Source: Planctomycetota bacterium
GTDB taxonomy: Bacteria > Planctomycetota > UBA1135 > UBA2386
Direction: 5' to 3'
Length of the DNA: 64,000 nt
Assembly: GCA_965250175.1 (NCBI GenBank)
Contig: CBDFNI010000009.1
Span: 1,258,265-1,322,264, forward strand
Below the pieces are notes generated by a model. It searched no databases. It saw only the letters and a program-made list of their open reading frames with translations, and was not told the DNA's origin. Both the position numbers and the translations under genes were made by a program. Position 1 is the stretch's first letter; each line of letters starts with the position of its first letter. Shown one piece after another: positions 47,448 to 56,958 of this stretch.

Positions 47448-47899
47448 GCAGCATGATAGTGGACATCAGCCACTTGGCTCCAGCAAGCCTTTCGGGTCGT
47501 GCCACGTTGAATGGGAAGCCCCTGGTCAAGGAGAGCTTCATCCTGTGGCACCAGCGTCCGAAGTCTGGTGGGACTGGGCATCGACAGCCTGGTTATTCTC
47601 AGGTGGGGGATGTGCCGGTGGAGACCGATGCTCTGGGCGACTTCCAGATGGTGAATCTGGTTCCCGTGGAATACCAGGCCATCCATAGGCTGGTGATTGA
47701 CAAGAGGAAGTACGAAATCAAGGCAGAGGGCAAGTTCACACTGGTTCCGGGGGAGAACACCGTGACCCAGCTCGTCTTCACCAAGGTCCCTGCGCCGGCT
47801 ACCGAAGAAGTCCGCGAGTCCCTGCCTGCACTATCTTGCCATCTACCCTCATCCGCCCGCGTTTCCCGCAAAGCCCGCCCCCCGCCGCCAAGGAGCTAG
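47440..47899 (+). pseudogene. 5'-truncated third copy of the large secreted paralog family
   Basis: MIVDISHLAPASLSGRATLNGKPLVKESFILWHQRP ~ copy 2 MVVDISHLVPASFAGRAMVNGKPVVEGDLTLRRYRP and downstream GDFQMVNLVPVEYQAI ~ GAFRMENLIPGEYEVI; it then diverges and ends. Confidence 0.45.
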
Positions 47900-47933
47900 A
47901 TCCTGGCGCCGCTTTCGCTAGCATGGCCGGACT

Positions 47934-48476
47934 ATGGCCAAGGTTGATGCAAAACCTCCGCAGCCGCGAACCGAGCTGGCGGAATTCAAAGTCAATGGCG
48001 AAGGGCACCAGGTTGCCTACGCCACCCACAAGACCCTTCTAGAGGTGCTGCGGGAGGATATGAACCTCACCGGCACCAAGCACGGCTGCGAGCTGGGCGA
48101 GTGCGGGACCTGCACTATATTGCTCGACGGCAAGCCGGTGCTTTCCTGTCTGGTCCTGGCGCAGGATGCGGTGGGTCAGGACATCCGCACCGTGGAGGGA
48201 ATGGCCGATGGTCCAACCCTGCACCCGCTGCAGGATGCCTTTGCTGATCTGGGTGCGGCCCAGTGCGGCTACTGCACGCCGGGCTTCTTGTTGACTGCCC
48301 AGGCCCTGTTGGAAAAGAACCCCAAGCCCGAGCGCCAGACCCTGGTGGAAGAGTTGGCGGGCAATCTTTGCCGCTGTACCGGATACCTGAAGATCTACGA
48401 GGCCGTTGAACTGGCGGCGGCTCGCATGCGCGGAGAAAAAGCGGAGCCCAGCAAGGAGAGCATCTATGGCCACTAA
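47934..48476 (+). CDS. molybdenum hydroxylase small subunit, (2Fe-2S)-binding
   Basis: Both 2Fe-2S motifs: CELGECGTCT...C and CRCTGY / CGYCTPG. Confidence 0.85.
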   Translation: MAKVDAKPPQPRTELAEFKVNGEGHQVAYATHKTLLEVLREDMNLTGTKHGCELGECGTCTILLDGKPVLSCLVLAQDAVGQDIRTVEGMADGPTLHPLQDAFADLGAAQCGYCTPGFLLTAQALLEKNPKPERQTLVEELAGNLCRCTGYLKIYEAVELAAARMRGEKAEPSKESIYGH

Positions 48477-51021
48477 AAGTAATGGCAAGGGTGACAAGGC
48501 CAAGAGCGACAAGCCCCCGAGTGAGAAGTCAGAGTACTCGGACCGCTACCACCAGCACGACAAGAAGGCCAAGGATCTGAAAGTGGTGGGGCAGCCCTAC
48601 CGCAAGGTGGATGCTCGCAGCAAAGTCACCGGCCTGACCCAGTTCGCCGACGACATGAGCCTGCCGCGCATGCTGCACATGAAGATGCTGCGCAGCACCA
48701 TGGCTCACGCTCTGATCAAGAGCATCGATGCCAGTGCGGCGGTCGCCATGCCCGGTGTGCATGCGGTGTTGCTGGGCAAGGAACTGCCAGAACCCTTTGG
48801 TATTTTGCCGGTGAGCCAGGATGAACACACCATGTGCATCGACAAGGTGCGCTTTGTTGGTGATCCGGTGGCGGCCGTCGCAGCCGTGGATGAGGACACG
48901 GCCTGGGAAGCCTGCCGCCTCATCAAGGTGGAGTATGAGCCCCTGGAGATCCTGGGCTCCATCTTCCAGGCTGCCGAGACCAAGACGCCGCAGATTCACG
49001 AATACGCCGACGCCGGCAATGCGCACAAGCTCATCAACCTGGAGTTTGGCAACCTGCAAGAGGGCTTCGACAGCGCCGATCATGTGCGGGAAGACACCTT
49101 CTTCTTCGAAGGCAACACCCACCTGCCCATGGAGCAGCACGCCAGCCTGGCCCAGTATGACACCGACGACAAGCTGTGCATCTGGAGCAGCACGCAGACC
49201 CCGCATTACCTGCACCGGGCTCTGTCCAAAGTCCTGGCGCCCTTGCCAGCCACTAACATTCGCGTCATTGCCTGTCCCAATGGTGGTGGCTTTGGCGGCA
49301 AGTCGGATCCCTTCAATCACGAGATAGCCGCGGCGGCCTTGAGTCGCAAGACTGGTCGGCCGGTGAAGGTGGCGCTGACTCGGGAAGAAGTGTTCTACTG
49401 TCACCGTGGTCGGCATCCGGTTTTGATGAAGACCAAGATGGGCATGAGCAAGGACGGCGAGATCCAGGCTCTGGACTTTGAGAGTTACCTGGATGGTGGC
49501 GCCTATGGTTCATATGGCGTGGCCAGCACCTTCTACACCGGTGCTCTGCAGACCGTGACCTACAAGGTGAAGAACTACCACTTCCGTGGTGCCCGTTACT
49601 TCACCAACAAGGCGCCCTGTGGTCCCAAGCGGGGTCACGGCACGGTGCAGCCGCGCTTTGCTCTGGAAGTGCAGATGGACAAGATGGCCTGTGACCTGGG
49701 CATGGATCCCGCCGAGATCCGGCGCAAGCATCTGGCGCCCAAGGAATCTCTCACCGCCAACTTCATGCGCATCGGCTCCATGGGCCTGGGTGCCTGCATT
49801 GACAAGGTGGTGGAGGGCTGCGGCTGGAAAGAGCGCCGGGCAAAGATGCCACATGGCAAGGGTCTGGGCATGGCCTGCAGTTCTTATCTCTCCGGTGCCG
49901 GCCTGCCCATCTATTGGAACGGCATGCCGCACTCCGGTGTGCAACTCAAGCTGGATCGCAGTGGCCTGGTCACTGTGTTCTGCGGCAGCACCGACATTGG
50001 TCAGGGCAGTGATTCGGTCCTGGCCTACGTGGTTGCCGAAGTCCTGGGTCTGGATCCCATGAAGATGCGGGTGATCACCGCCGACACCGACCTGACGCCG
50101 GTGGACCTGGGCAGTTATTCCAGCCGGGTGACGGTGATGACTGGCAACGCTGCCATGCAGGCAGCGGAGCGGGCCAAGGAAATCGTCGCCGCTGGCGCCG
50201 CCAAGAAATTGGAAGTGCCCAAGGGTCGGTTGGTCTTTGCTGACGAGCGGGTGTTCGACGCCGAGGATCCGGAGCGGGGCATGAGCTTTGCCGAAGCGGT
50301 GGTGGCCGCCGAGTCGGTTTTTGGCACCATCGGCACCGTCGGCTCCTATCGTCCGCCGAAGAGTGCAGCGCGCTTCAAGGGTGGTGGCGTTGGCCCCAGC
50401 CCTTCTTATTCCTACAGCTGTGCGGTGGTGGAAGTTGACGTGGATCCGGAGACCGGCATCTACAAGGTGCCGAAGATCTGGGTGGCCCACGACATTGGTC
50501 GCTCCCTCAACCCCACCATTGCCATGGGGCAGATTGAAGGCGGTGTCTACATGGGCCTGGGTGAAGCCATGATGGAGGAGATGGCCTACCGGGATCGTTC
50601 GCATAAGGGCCAGCGGCTGTTCCTGCACAAGATTCCTTCCATGTTGGAATACAAGAGTCCCACCACCTTCGAGATGCCGGACATCGTCACCTATGTGGTG
50701 GAAGATCCGGATCCCAACGGTCCCTATGGCGCCAAGGAAGTGGGCCAGGGTCCCTTGCTGCCCATCATGCCGGCAGTGGCCAACGCGGTGTTTGACGCCG
50801 TCGGGGTGCGGGTGGATGAGATCCCGGTGACGCAGGAGAAGATCTTTGCCGGCATGCAACTGAAAGCCAAAGGCAAGGATCCGCGAGTGGGTCCCGACAA
50901 GACCCCGGATGAAAATTGGCCCGAACCCCGTCGGGTGCGCACACCCTGGCAGGGTGGCACTGGTGTGGAAGTGGAGCGCGAAGCCATACAAACGCAAAAG
51001 GCGGGAGGCAAGTCATGCTAA
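48466..51021 (+). CDS. molybdenum hydroxylase large (molybdopterin-binding) subunit, xanthine dehydrogenase/CoxL family
   Basis: ~850 aa with Ald_Xan_dh_C-type architecture; ATG 48466 preceded by GGAG, overlaps the small-subunit stop by 11 nt. Confidence 0.85.
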   Translation: MATKSNGKGDKAKSDKPPSEKSEYSDRYHQHDKKAKDLKVVGQPYRKVDARSKVTGLTQFADDMSLPRMLHMKMLRSTMAHALIKSIDASAAVAMPGVHAVLLGKELPEPFGILPVSQDEHTMCIDKVRFVGDPVAAVAAVDEDTAWEACRLIKVEYEPLEILGSIFQAAETKTPQIHEYADAGNAHKLINLEFGNLQEGFDSADHVREDTFFFEGNTHLPMEQHASLAQYDTDDKLCIWSSTQTPHYLHRALSKVLAPLPATNIRVIACPNGGGFGGKSDPFNHEIAAAALSRKTGRPVKVALTREEVFYCHRGRHPVLMKTKMGMSKDGEIQALDFESYLDGGAYGSYGVASTFYTGALQTVTYKVKNYHFRGARYFTNKAPCGPKRGHGTVQPRFALEVQMDKMACDLGMDPAEIRRKHLAPKESLTANFMRIGSMGLGACIDKVVEGCGWKERRAKMPHGKGLGMACSSYLSGAGLPIYWNGMPHSGVQLKLDRSGLVTVFCGSTDIGQGSDSVLAYVVAEVLGLDPMKMRVITADTDLTPVDLGSYSSRVTVMTGNAAMQAAERAKEIVAAGAAKKLEVPKGRLVFADERVFDAEDPERGMSFAEAVVAAESVFGTIGTVGSYRPPKSAARFKGGGVGPSPSYSYSCAVVEVDVDPETGIYKVPKIWVAHDIGRSLNPTIAMGQIEGGVYMGLGEAMMEEMAYRDRSHKGQRLFLHKIPSMLEYKSPTTFEMPDIVTYVVEDPDPNGPYGAKEVGQGPLLPIMPAVANAVFDAVGVRVDEIPVTQEKIFAGMQLKAKGKDPRVGPDKTPDENWPEPRRVRTPWQGGTGVEVEREAIQTQKAGGKSC

Positions 51022-51995
51022 GGCTACCAACCTTCAACTATCACCGTCCCAAGACTGCTGCTGAAGCGGTAAAGATTGTCGCTGAACACGGTCCGGCTTC
51101 CCGCTTTGTCGCCGGCGGCACCGACCTCTATCCCAACATGAAGCGTCGGCATCAAACGCCGACGGAAGTGGTGGGCTTAGGACGCATTGCTGAACTGCAA
51201 GGCCTGTCCGGCGATGGCAAGTCCGGCCTGACCCTGGGGGCGATGACCAGCCTCACCGATCTGGAACACAACCAACAGCTGTTGGAGCAGTATCCATCGG
51301 TGGCGAACTGCGTGAGTCTGATCTCCACACCCTTGTTGCGCAACATGGGCACCATCGGCGGCAACCTGCTGTTGGACACCCGCTGCACCTACTATGACCA
51401 GACCTTCGAATGGCGGGAGTCCATCGATTTTTGCATGAAGGAAAAGGGGGCGATCTGCTGGGTGGCCCCGGGTAGTCCGCGTTGCTGGGCAGTGCAGAGT
51501 TCGGACTCGGTGCCCCTGTTGTGCGCCATGGATGCGGAAGTGACCCTGGTATCCGCCGAGGGTGAACGCCGCATCAAGCTGGATGCGCTCTACAACGACG
51601 ACGGCATCCAATATCTCACCAAGAAGCCCGGTGAGCTGCTGACCCAGGTGCACCTGCCGGCCTTGAATGGTTGGCGGGCCTCGTACCGGAAGCTGCGCCG
51701 GCGGGATACCTTCGACTTCCCGGTATTGGGAGTGGGAGCTTGTGTGCATCTGGATGGGGATGTGATCCAGGAGGTGAAGATTCGCATTGGCGGTGCTGGT
51801 TCCTACGCCATCCACGCCACCGCCGCTGAGGACATGTTGCGGGGTCAGAAGGCGACGGAAGAATTGATTCAGGCGGCGGCGCAAGCAGCTTTCAAGCCAG
51901 CGCGCCCCATGGACAACACGGACCACGAAGTGGCCTGGCGCAAGAAGATGGCGCCGATCTTCACCGCCCGGGCATTGCGAGATTGTCTGGGGTAA
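51015..51995 (+). CDS. molybdenum hydroxylase medium (FAD-binding) subunit, CoxM-like
   Basis: MLRLPTFNYHRPKTAAEAV...FVAGGTDLYPNMK is a CO-dehydrogenase flavoprotein-type N-terminus; overlaps the large-subunit stop (ATGCTAA). Confidence 0.8.
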   Translation: MLRLPTFNYHRPKTAAEAVKIVAEHGPASRFVAGGTDLYPNMKRRHQTPTEVVGLGRIAELQGLSGDGKSGLTLGAMTSLTDLEHNQQLLEQYPSVANCVSLISTPLLRNMGTIGGNLLLDTRCTYYDQTFEWRESIDFCMKEKGAICWVAPGSPRCWAVQSSDSVPLLCAMDAEVTLVSAEGERRIKLDALYNDDGIQYLTKKPGELLTQVHLPALNGWRASYRKLRRRDTFDFPVLGVGACVHLDGDVIQEVKIRIGGAGSYAIHATAAEDMLRGQKATEELIQAAAQAAFKPARPMDNTDHEVAWRKKMAPIFTARALRDCLG

Positions 51996-52024
51996 AGCGC
52001 GGCCAGATGAATTAGGGTAAGGCA

Positions 52025-52759
52025 ATGCGCATCCCCTTCCTCTCGGCTCGCTGGCATCACCTTGCCGTGCTGAACTATGCGGTGGACCCGGGGCTGTTGG
52101 AGTCCTACGTGCCGGCGGGCACCGAGTTGGACTTCCATGAGGGGAATTGCCTGCTGAGTCTGGTGGGTTTTCGCTTTCTGCGCACGCGAGTGTTGGGTGT
52201 GCCGGTACCCTTCCATCGCAACTTCGAAGAAGTGAACCTGCGCTTCTATGTACGACGTCAAACTGACGAGGGTTGGCGACGAGGAGTGGTGTTCATCAAG
52301 GAAGTGGTGCCCAAGCGAGCCATCACCGCAATGGCGCGAGGGGTCTACAACGAAAACTACATCACCTGCCCCATGTATTCGCAGGTTTGCCTGCCCGATG
52401 CCGAGACCAATGCTGTGGGCTGGGCGGAGTACGGTTGGCAAGGTGCCGGCGGCGAGCATGTCATCCAGTTGCGCTGTTCCGGAAGATCCCAGGAGATGCT
52501 TGTGGGTTCGGAGGAGGAATTCATCTTGGAGCACTACTACGGCTATACCCGGCAGGCCAATGGCGAGACCCTGGAGTACCGGGTGGACCATCCTTCCTGG
52601 CGCTATTGGTCGGTGCAAAGTGCTGGCTACCAGGGGGATGCGGCTTCGTTCTATGGTCCTGAGTTTGCCGAGGTTCTGACGGCTGAGCCCCGCTCGGCCC
52701 AGTTCGTCGATGGCTCGAAAGTGGCGGTGTTTTTTGGTCGGCGGGGCTTTTCCAGCTAA
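52025..52759 (+). CDS. hypothetical protein (possibly DUF2071 / acetoacetate-decarboxylase-like fold)
   Basis: 244-aa ORF; only a weak resemblance to DUF2071 proteins. Confidence 0.4.
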   Translation: MRIPFLSARWHHLAVLNYAVDPGLLESYVPAGTELDFHEGNCLLSLVGFRFLRTRVLGVPVPFHRNFEEVNLRFYVRRQTDEGWRRGVVFIKEVVPKRAITAMARGVYNENYITCPMYSQVCLPDAETNAVGWAEYGWQGAGGEHVIQLRCSGRSQEMLVGSEEEFILEHYYGYTRQANGETLEYRVDHPSWRYWSVQSAGYQGDAASFYGPEFAEVLTAEPRSAQFVDGSKVAVFFGRRGFSS

Positions 52760-52801
52760 TTCCCAGGTCCTCAGCAGGTCGAAAGTGTTCCTGGCATTGA
52801 T

Positions 52802-53668
52802 ATGGCAGGGATCCTCAAGAAAAGTCTGGTGTGGATGCGGGCTCCGGTAAATACCGCTTCCTTTCAACTGCGACGCAGCTTGCGTTGGCAGCGGGGTTGT
52901 CCGCTGCTGGTGAATGAGGAAAAGACCGAACTCTTTGACTACCTGCAAGGTGAGGAAAAGGACTGGGCCGTGGCGCGGGAAGAACATCTCCGTTGTCAGT
53001 TCAAGTTGCAGGAATTGCGCAAGGAATCCAACCGCCTGGACTACCGCGAGAATCTGCAACTTCTGGATGCATTGGATCGTTTGTTGGAAGCCACGCAAGA
53101 TTCCGTGTCTCTTCCTGCAGGTAAGCTGCGGGCCTTGGATGTAGGGTCCAGAAACTGGAGCTATGTCTACGGACTAGAGCGCTTCTTGCGCTACTGGCAG
53201 CTGGGTTCCCAAAAGCCCCGGCAGGTTGAGCTCCGGGGTTTGGAACTGGATGGTCACGGTGTCTACAGTGACCTGCACTCCCGCGCCGACCACGCCCAGG
53301 CCTATGTGCAGCAGTTGCACAATGATGAGGTGCAGTACCAGGTGCAGGACTTCATGCAATGTCAGTTGCAGGGCTTGGATGTGGTTACCATGTTCTATCC
53401 CTTCCTGACGCGCTATGCCCTGCTGCAGTGGGGCTTGCCCCTGGGGCACTACCAGCCTCAGCGTTTGTTGGCTAAAGCCTTGGCCTGTCTGCGGCCAGGC
53501 GGTGTGCTATTGATCTTTAATCAAACCGAAGTGGAGCAAGAACGCTTGCTGGGTATGTTGAGCGACATGGGAGTTGCTCCCACTGCCAGCTGTGCTTTGG
53601 GGTCCACCCTGGTGCATTACCATGATCGAACCAACCGACGGCTGGGAACCGTGGTTGTTGCCTCCTGA
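52802..53668 (+). CDS. hypothetical protein (possible divergent SAM-dependent methyltransferase fold)
   Basis: LDVGS..., VVTMFYPF and LRPGGVLLIFNQ loosely resemble class I methyltransferase motifs I-III; weak. Confidence 0.3.
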   Translation: MAGILKKSLVWMRAPVNTASFQLRRSLRWQRGCPLLVNEEKTELFDYLQGEEKDWAVAREEHLRCQFKLQELRKESNRLDYRENLQLLDALDRLLEATQDSVSLPAGKLRALDVGSRNWSYVYGLERFLRYWQLGSQKPRQVELRGLELDGHGVYSDLHSRADHAQAYVQQLHNDEVQYQVQDFMQCQLQGLDVVTMFYPFLTRYALLQWGLPLGHYQPQRLLAKALACLRPGGVLLIFNQTEVEQERLLGMLSDMGVAPTASCALGSTLVHYHDRTNRRLGTVVVAS

Positions 53669-53674
53669 AATCCT

Positions 53675-54601
53675 ATGCGAACTTATCGTTATCACCGTGT
53701 TGATGTATTCACCGAGGAGATCTTTGGCGGCAATCCTTTGGTGGTGTTTCCCGAAGCCGAGGGTCTTTCCGATCGGGAAATGCAGAACATCGCTCGGGAG
53801 ATGAACCTGTCGGAAACCGTGTTCTGCTTTGCTCCCAGCACCGGGGATGCCCATGTGCGCATGCGCATCTTCACCGTCGATCGGGAGCTGCCAATGGCCG
53901 GGCACCCGGTGGTGGGGACCCACTATGTCTTGGCCAGCACTGGCCGTTATGACCATGATGGTCGGGACTTCACGGTGCAGGCTGAGTTGCCCGCCGGTGT
54001 CCTACCCGCCGATGTGCTGTTCCAAGAGGGCGAACTGCGTTCCGTGGTCATGACCCAGAGAGCTCCCAGCTTTGGCGAGCCATATAAGGATCAGGCCACC
54101 CTGGCCAAGGCCTTGGGAGTGGATGAGTCAGCTTTGGACTTCGCCGACATGGTGCCCATGGTGGTTGACACCGGCGTGCCCTGGTTCGTGATTCCGATGC
54201 GGGACCTGCGGGCTATCCGCAGTTTGGTGCCATATCCAGGGCTGTGTGGGCAGATCGCTGAGCAAGTTGGCACTGACATGTTCTATGCCTTCACGCAGGA
54301 GACCGAGGATGCCATGGCCGCGGCCCATGCTCGCCACGTCTGGTTTGGTGCGGTGACTCCCGGCGAAGATCCGGTGACCGGCTCAGCTGCCGGCTGCCTG
54401 GGTTCCTACCTGGTGCAGCAAGAGGTGCTGCTGGCTGCACCCGGTGCCCAGGCCTTCATCGAGCAGGGTGTGGAAGTGGGGCGGCCCGGCATGGTGGAAG
54501 TGCTGGTGGATGTGAAGGGCAATGAACTCTCCCGCGTGCGGGTGGGTGGTCATGCCGTGCACCTGGGCGATGGCGAAATTCGCCTGGACGACATCTCTTA
54601 G
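53675..54601 (+). CDS. PhzF-family isomerase
   Basis: N-terminus YRYHRVDVFTEEIFGGNPLVVF...LSETVF and an overall two-domain PhzF/DapF-like layout. Confidence 0.8.
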   Translation: MRTYRYHRVDVFTEEIFGGNPLVVFPEAEGLSDREMQNIAREMNLSETVFCFAPSTGDAHVRMRIFTVDRELPMAGHPVVGTHYVLASTGRYDHDGRDFTVQAELPAGVLPADVLFQEGELRSVVMTQRAPSFGEPYKDQATLAKALGVDESALDFADMVPMVVDTGVPWFVIPMRDLRAIRSLVPYPGLCGQIAEQVGTDMFYAFTQETEDAMAAAHARHVWFGAVTPGEDPVTGSAAGCLGSYLVQQEVLLAAPGAQAFIEQGVEVGRPGMVEVLVDVKGNELSRVRVGGHAVHLGDGEIRLDDIS

Positions 54602-54611
54602 GAGTCACTGT

Positions 54612-55808
54612 CTAGGAGTTGCTGCCCTTCGAGTTGCTGCCCTTCGAGTCAGGATAGAGGGCCGCGATTTCTTCCTGGCATGCTTTCAGATCCTCCGGCG
54701 TTTTTACTGGCAAGAAGCGGTTGTCCAGTCCGGTGCGTTTGATGCGCAAAAACGAAGTCTCCAAATGGCGCGTCAACTCGCCAATGAGACGTTCCATTTG
54801 CACGGTCTTTTGTCCCTCGACCTCCTTCTCCACAAAGTACCAGTTCAGGTCGAAGTCCTGGTCCAGTGCGCTGGCGTCAAAGTGGAAGGTGTTGGTGTTG
54901 AACACATCCACTATGTCAGGGTCGAAACCCTTGGGGTAGCGGATCTGCTCCACCAGTTGGAGCTTGCCGTCTAGCAGATAGGGTGAACCGCCAGTGTCGT
55001 CAGGCCATTTGGGCGCCAGTTCCACAGTGGCTTGCGCCCGCTTCTGGATGTGGTGGCCCAGCACCAGCGGGCTGATGCGAGCCCCCAGGTTGTCCACGTT
55101 GGAGATAAACAGATACTTGCGTCCACAGGCCAGGAATTGTTTCAGCAGACCGTGCTGGCGGAAGGCGGCGGCAAAGTCGCCGTGACCCGGCCCGTAGGGA
55201 GAGATATCTCCTGCAGGCGTCAGGAACAAGTCGCCGTCCTTCTGCATCCGCACGGAGATGAACTGGGTGAAGTGGTGTATTTGCTCGGCGTCCAAGCCAA
55301 AGTTGTCGTGTTCCTTGAAGTGCTCCCGTGTGGCTTCGTCGGTGGCGAAGCTGTTCATCAAGTAGACCGGGATGCGTTGGCCGCAGGCTTCTTGCATCTG
55401 TCGCACATCTTGCATCTTCAATGCCAGGAAGCTGCGCTTGCCCAGCACCTTGACGCCGCCTTTGACGACCCCGCCAAAGCGGGTGGCCATGCCGCCGTTG
55501 AGGATGACCACGCCCAACTCGTTACGCTCCAGCGAACGCATGCCGATGCTTTCCAGCACGTTGTACTCTGGGTCATCTCGGCGCGGCAGGCCGTGGATGC
55601 TGCCGCTCTCCGGCACCAGGATCTCACCTTCAAGGCAGTTGTTCTCCTTGCTGTACCAGCGCTCCTTCACCCCTTTGCGCCAGTTTTCCCAGAGCAGAAT
55701 GTCGAAGTCGTAGCGGTTGAGAAATTCGAGTTGTTCTTCAGTTAGGGATCGCAAGCCGGCCTCACCTTCAAGGAGAGCAAACGGTAGCCGATTCCAGCCG
55801 CCAGCCAA
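54612..55808 (-). CDS. UDPGP-family (eukaryotic-type) UTP-sugar-1-phosphate uridylyltransferase
   Basis: LNGGMATRFGG (cf. LNGGLGTSMG), PYGPGHGD and FISNVDNLGA blocks of PF01704; C-terminus ends in the tandem-duplicated KGSNSKGSNS. Confidence 0.7.
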   Translation of the reverse strand: MAGGWNRLPFALLEGEAGLRSLTEEQLEFLNRYDFDILLWENWRKGVKERWYSKENNCLEGEILVPESGSIHGLPRRDDPEYNVLESIGMRSLERNELGVVILNGGMATRFGGVVKGGVKVLGKRSFLALKMQDVRQMQEACGQRIPVYLMNSFATDEATREHFKEHDNFGLDAEQIHHFTQFISVRMQKDGDLFLTPAGDISPYGPGHGDFAAAFRQHGLLKQFLACGRKYLFISNVDNLGARISPLVLGHHIQKRAQATVELAPKWPDDTGGSPYLLDGKLQLVEQIRYPKGFDPDIVDVFNTNTFHFDASALDQDFDLNWYFVEKEVEGQKTVQMERLIGELTRHLETSFLRIKRTGLDNRFLPVKTPEDLKACQEEIAALYPDSKGSNSKGSNS

Positions 55809-55897
55809 GGCTCAAGTCTTGCTGGCAAGCCCTTGATAAGGACCTTGGAGCTTGCGTTCTCCCCGCCTTTCTGCCCTAATCACTCCTTGCTCGCAGC

Positions 55898-56893
55898 GTG
55901 CCCAGGGAGGCCGTAGCGAAGCTGGATCCTATGGTCAGACGGGCGACAAAACAGAGCGGGAGTGGCAAAGCAACTGCCTCCCCGTCCGCCCTGGGGCCGC
56001 GGGGCCGCGGGCTGTTCGGCCGTTTATTCGGTGCCCAGAAGCCGGCCCACCAGTCGACCCAGCGCCGCCGCGAAGCTGCCAGTTTCGCCATTGCCAGTGG
56101 CAAGGGTGGCACCGGCAAGTCCTTTTTCGCCACCAATCTGGCCATTCTCCTGAGCCAGCGGCTGAAGTCCGTGGTGTTGGTGGACTGTGATTTCGGCCTG
56201 GCCTGTGACCATTTGCTGCTGGGTGTCACGCCTGAGCAAACGCTGCAGCATTTCCTGGCCAGCAAGACCACGGTGGACGAATTGCGGGTTACCACCCATG
56301 AGGGTTTGCAGTTGGTACCCGGCGGTTCCGGGGTGATGCAGATGACCGACCTGGATGACCGTCAGCTGCTTATGCTGGGTGGCATGCTGGGGGAGTTGGC
56401 CATTGACAGTGATGCTCTGGTATTGGATGTGGGGGCGGGGATTTCTCCGCAGAATGTCCTCTCCCTCCTGGCTGCCGATCTGGTGATCCTGGTTACCCAG
56501 CCGGAGATCGCCGCCTTGACCGATGCCTATGCGGTGATCAAGTGCTGCGTGCAGCGCAACGAGAACATGCGCTTTGCGGTGGTGGTCAATCGAGTGATGA
56601 AAGAAGGTCATGGCCAGGCCACCTTTGAGCGGCTGGCGTCGGTGGCAAATAAGCACGTGGGCGTGCAGCTGGATTACCTGGGTGAAATTGCGGATGACCC
56701 GCAGATTACCCAACGCCGTCTGAACCAACTGCCAGTGGTGCTTTCAGATCCGGATGGGGCCACTGCCGTGTCCATGCACGCCATTGCCGACCAATTGCAG
56801 AAACTCATGTCGCCCATGGGTTGCAGGCTGGTGGAAGCCCAACAAGGCTTGGAAGCTCGATTCCGGGAACATCGCCTCTTTTTGGGCACCTAG
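55898..56893 (+). CDS. MinD/ParA-family P-loop ATPase (FlhG/MinD-like)
   Basis: Deviant Walker A IASGKGGTGKS and downstream VLVDCDFG; the start may be the internal ATG at 55931. Confidence 0.7.
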   Translation: MPREAVAKLDPMVRRATKQSGSGKATASPSALGPRGRGLFGRLFGAQKPAHQSTQRRREAASFAIASGKGGTGKSFFATNLAILLSQRLKSVVLVDCDFGLACDHLLLGVTPEQTLQHFLASKTTVDELRVTTHEGLQLVPGGSGVMQMTDLDDRQLLMLGGMLGELAIDSDALVLDVGAGISPQNVLSLLAADLVILVTQPEIAALTDAYAVIKCCVQRNENMRFAVVVNRVMKEGHGQATFERLASVANKHVGVQLDYLGEIADDPQITQRRLNQLPVVLSDPDGATAVSMHAIADQLQKLMSPMGCRLVEAQQGLEARFREHRLFLGT

Positions 56894-56958
56894 GTTAGAG
56901 GCCTCCTTCACTGTGGGCTTGCGACAGGGCGATAAGAATGGATGATTGAGGAGTTGTC

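Noticed and set aside
48529-50997. 295-aa and 495-aa minus-strand ORFs
   Set aside because: Antisense to the molybdopterin large-subunit gene.
51177-53098. 282-aa and 409-aa minus-strand ORFs
   Set aside because: Antisense to the FAD subunit, DUF2071-like and methyltransferase-like genes; no recognisable domains.
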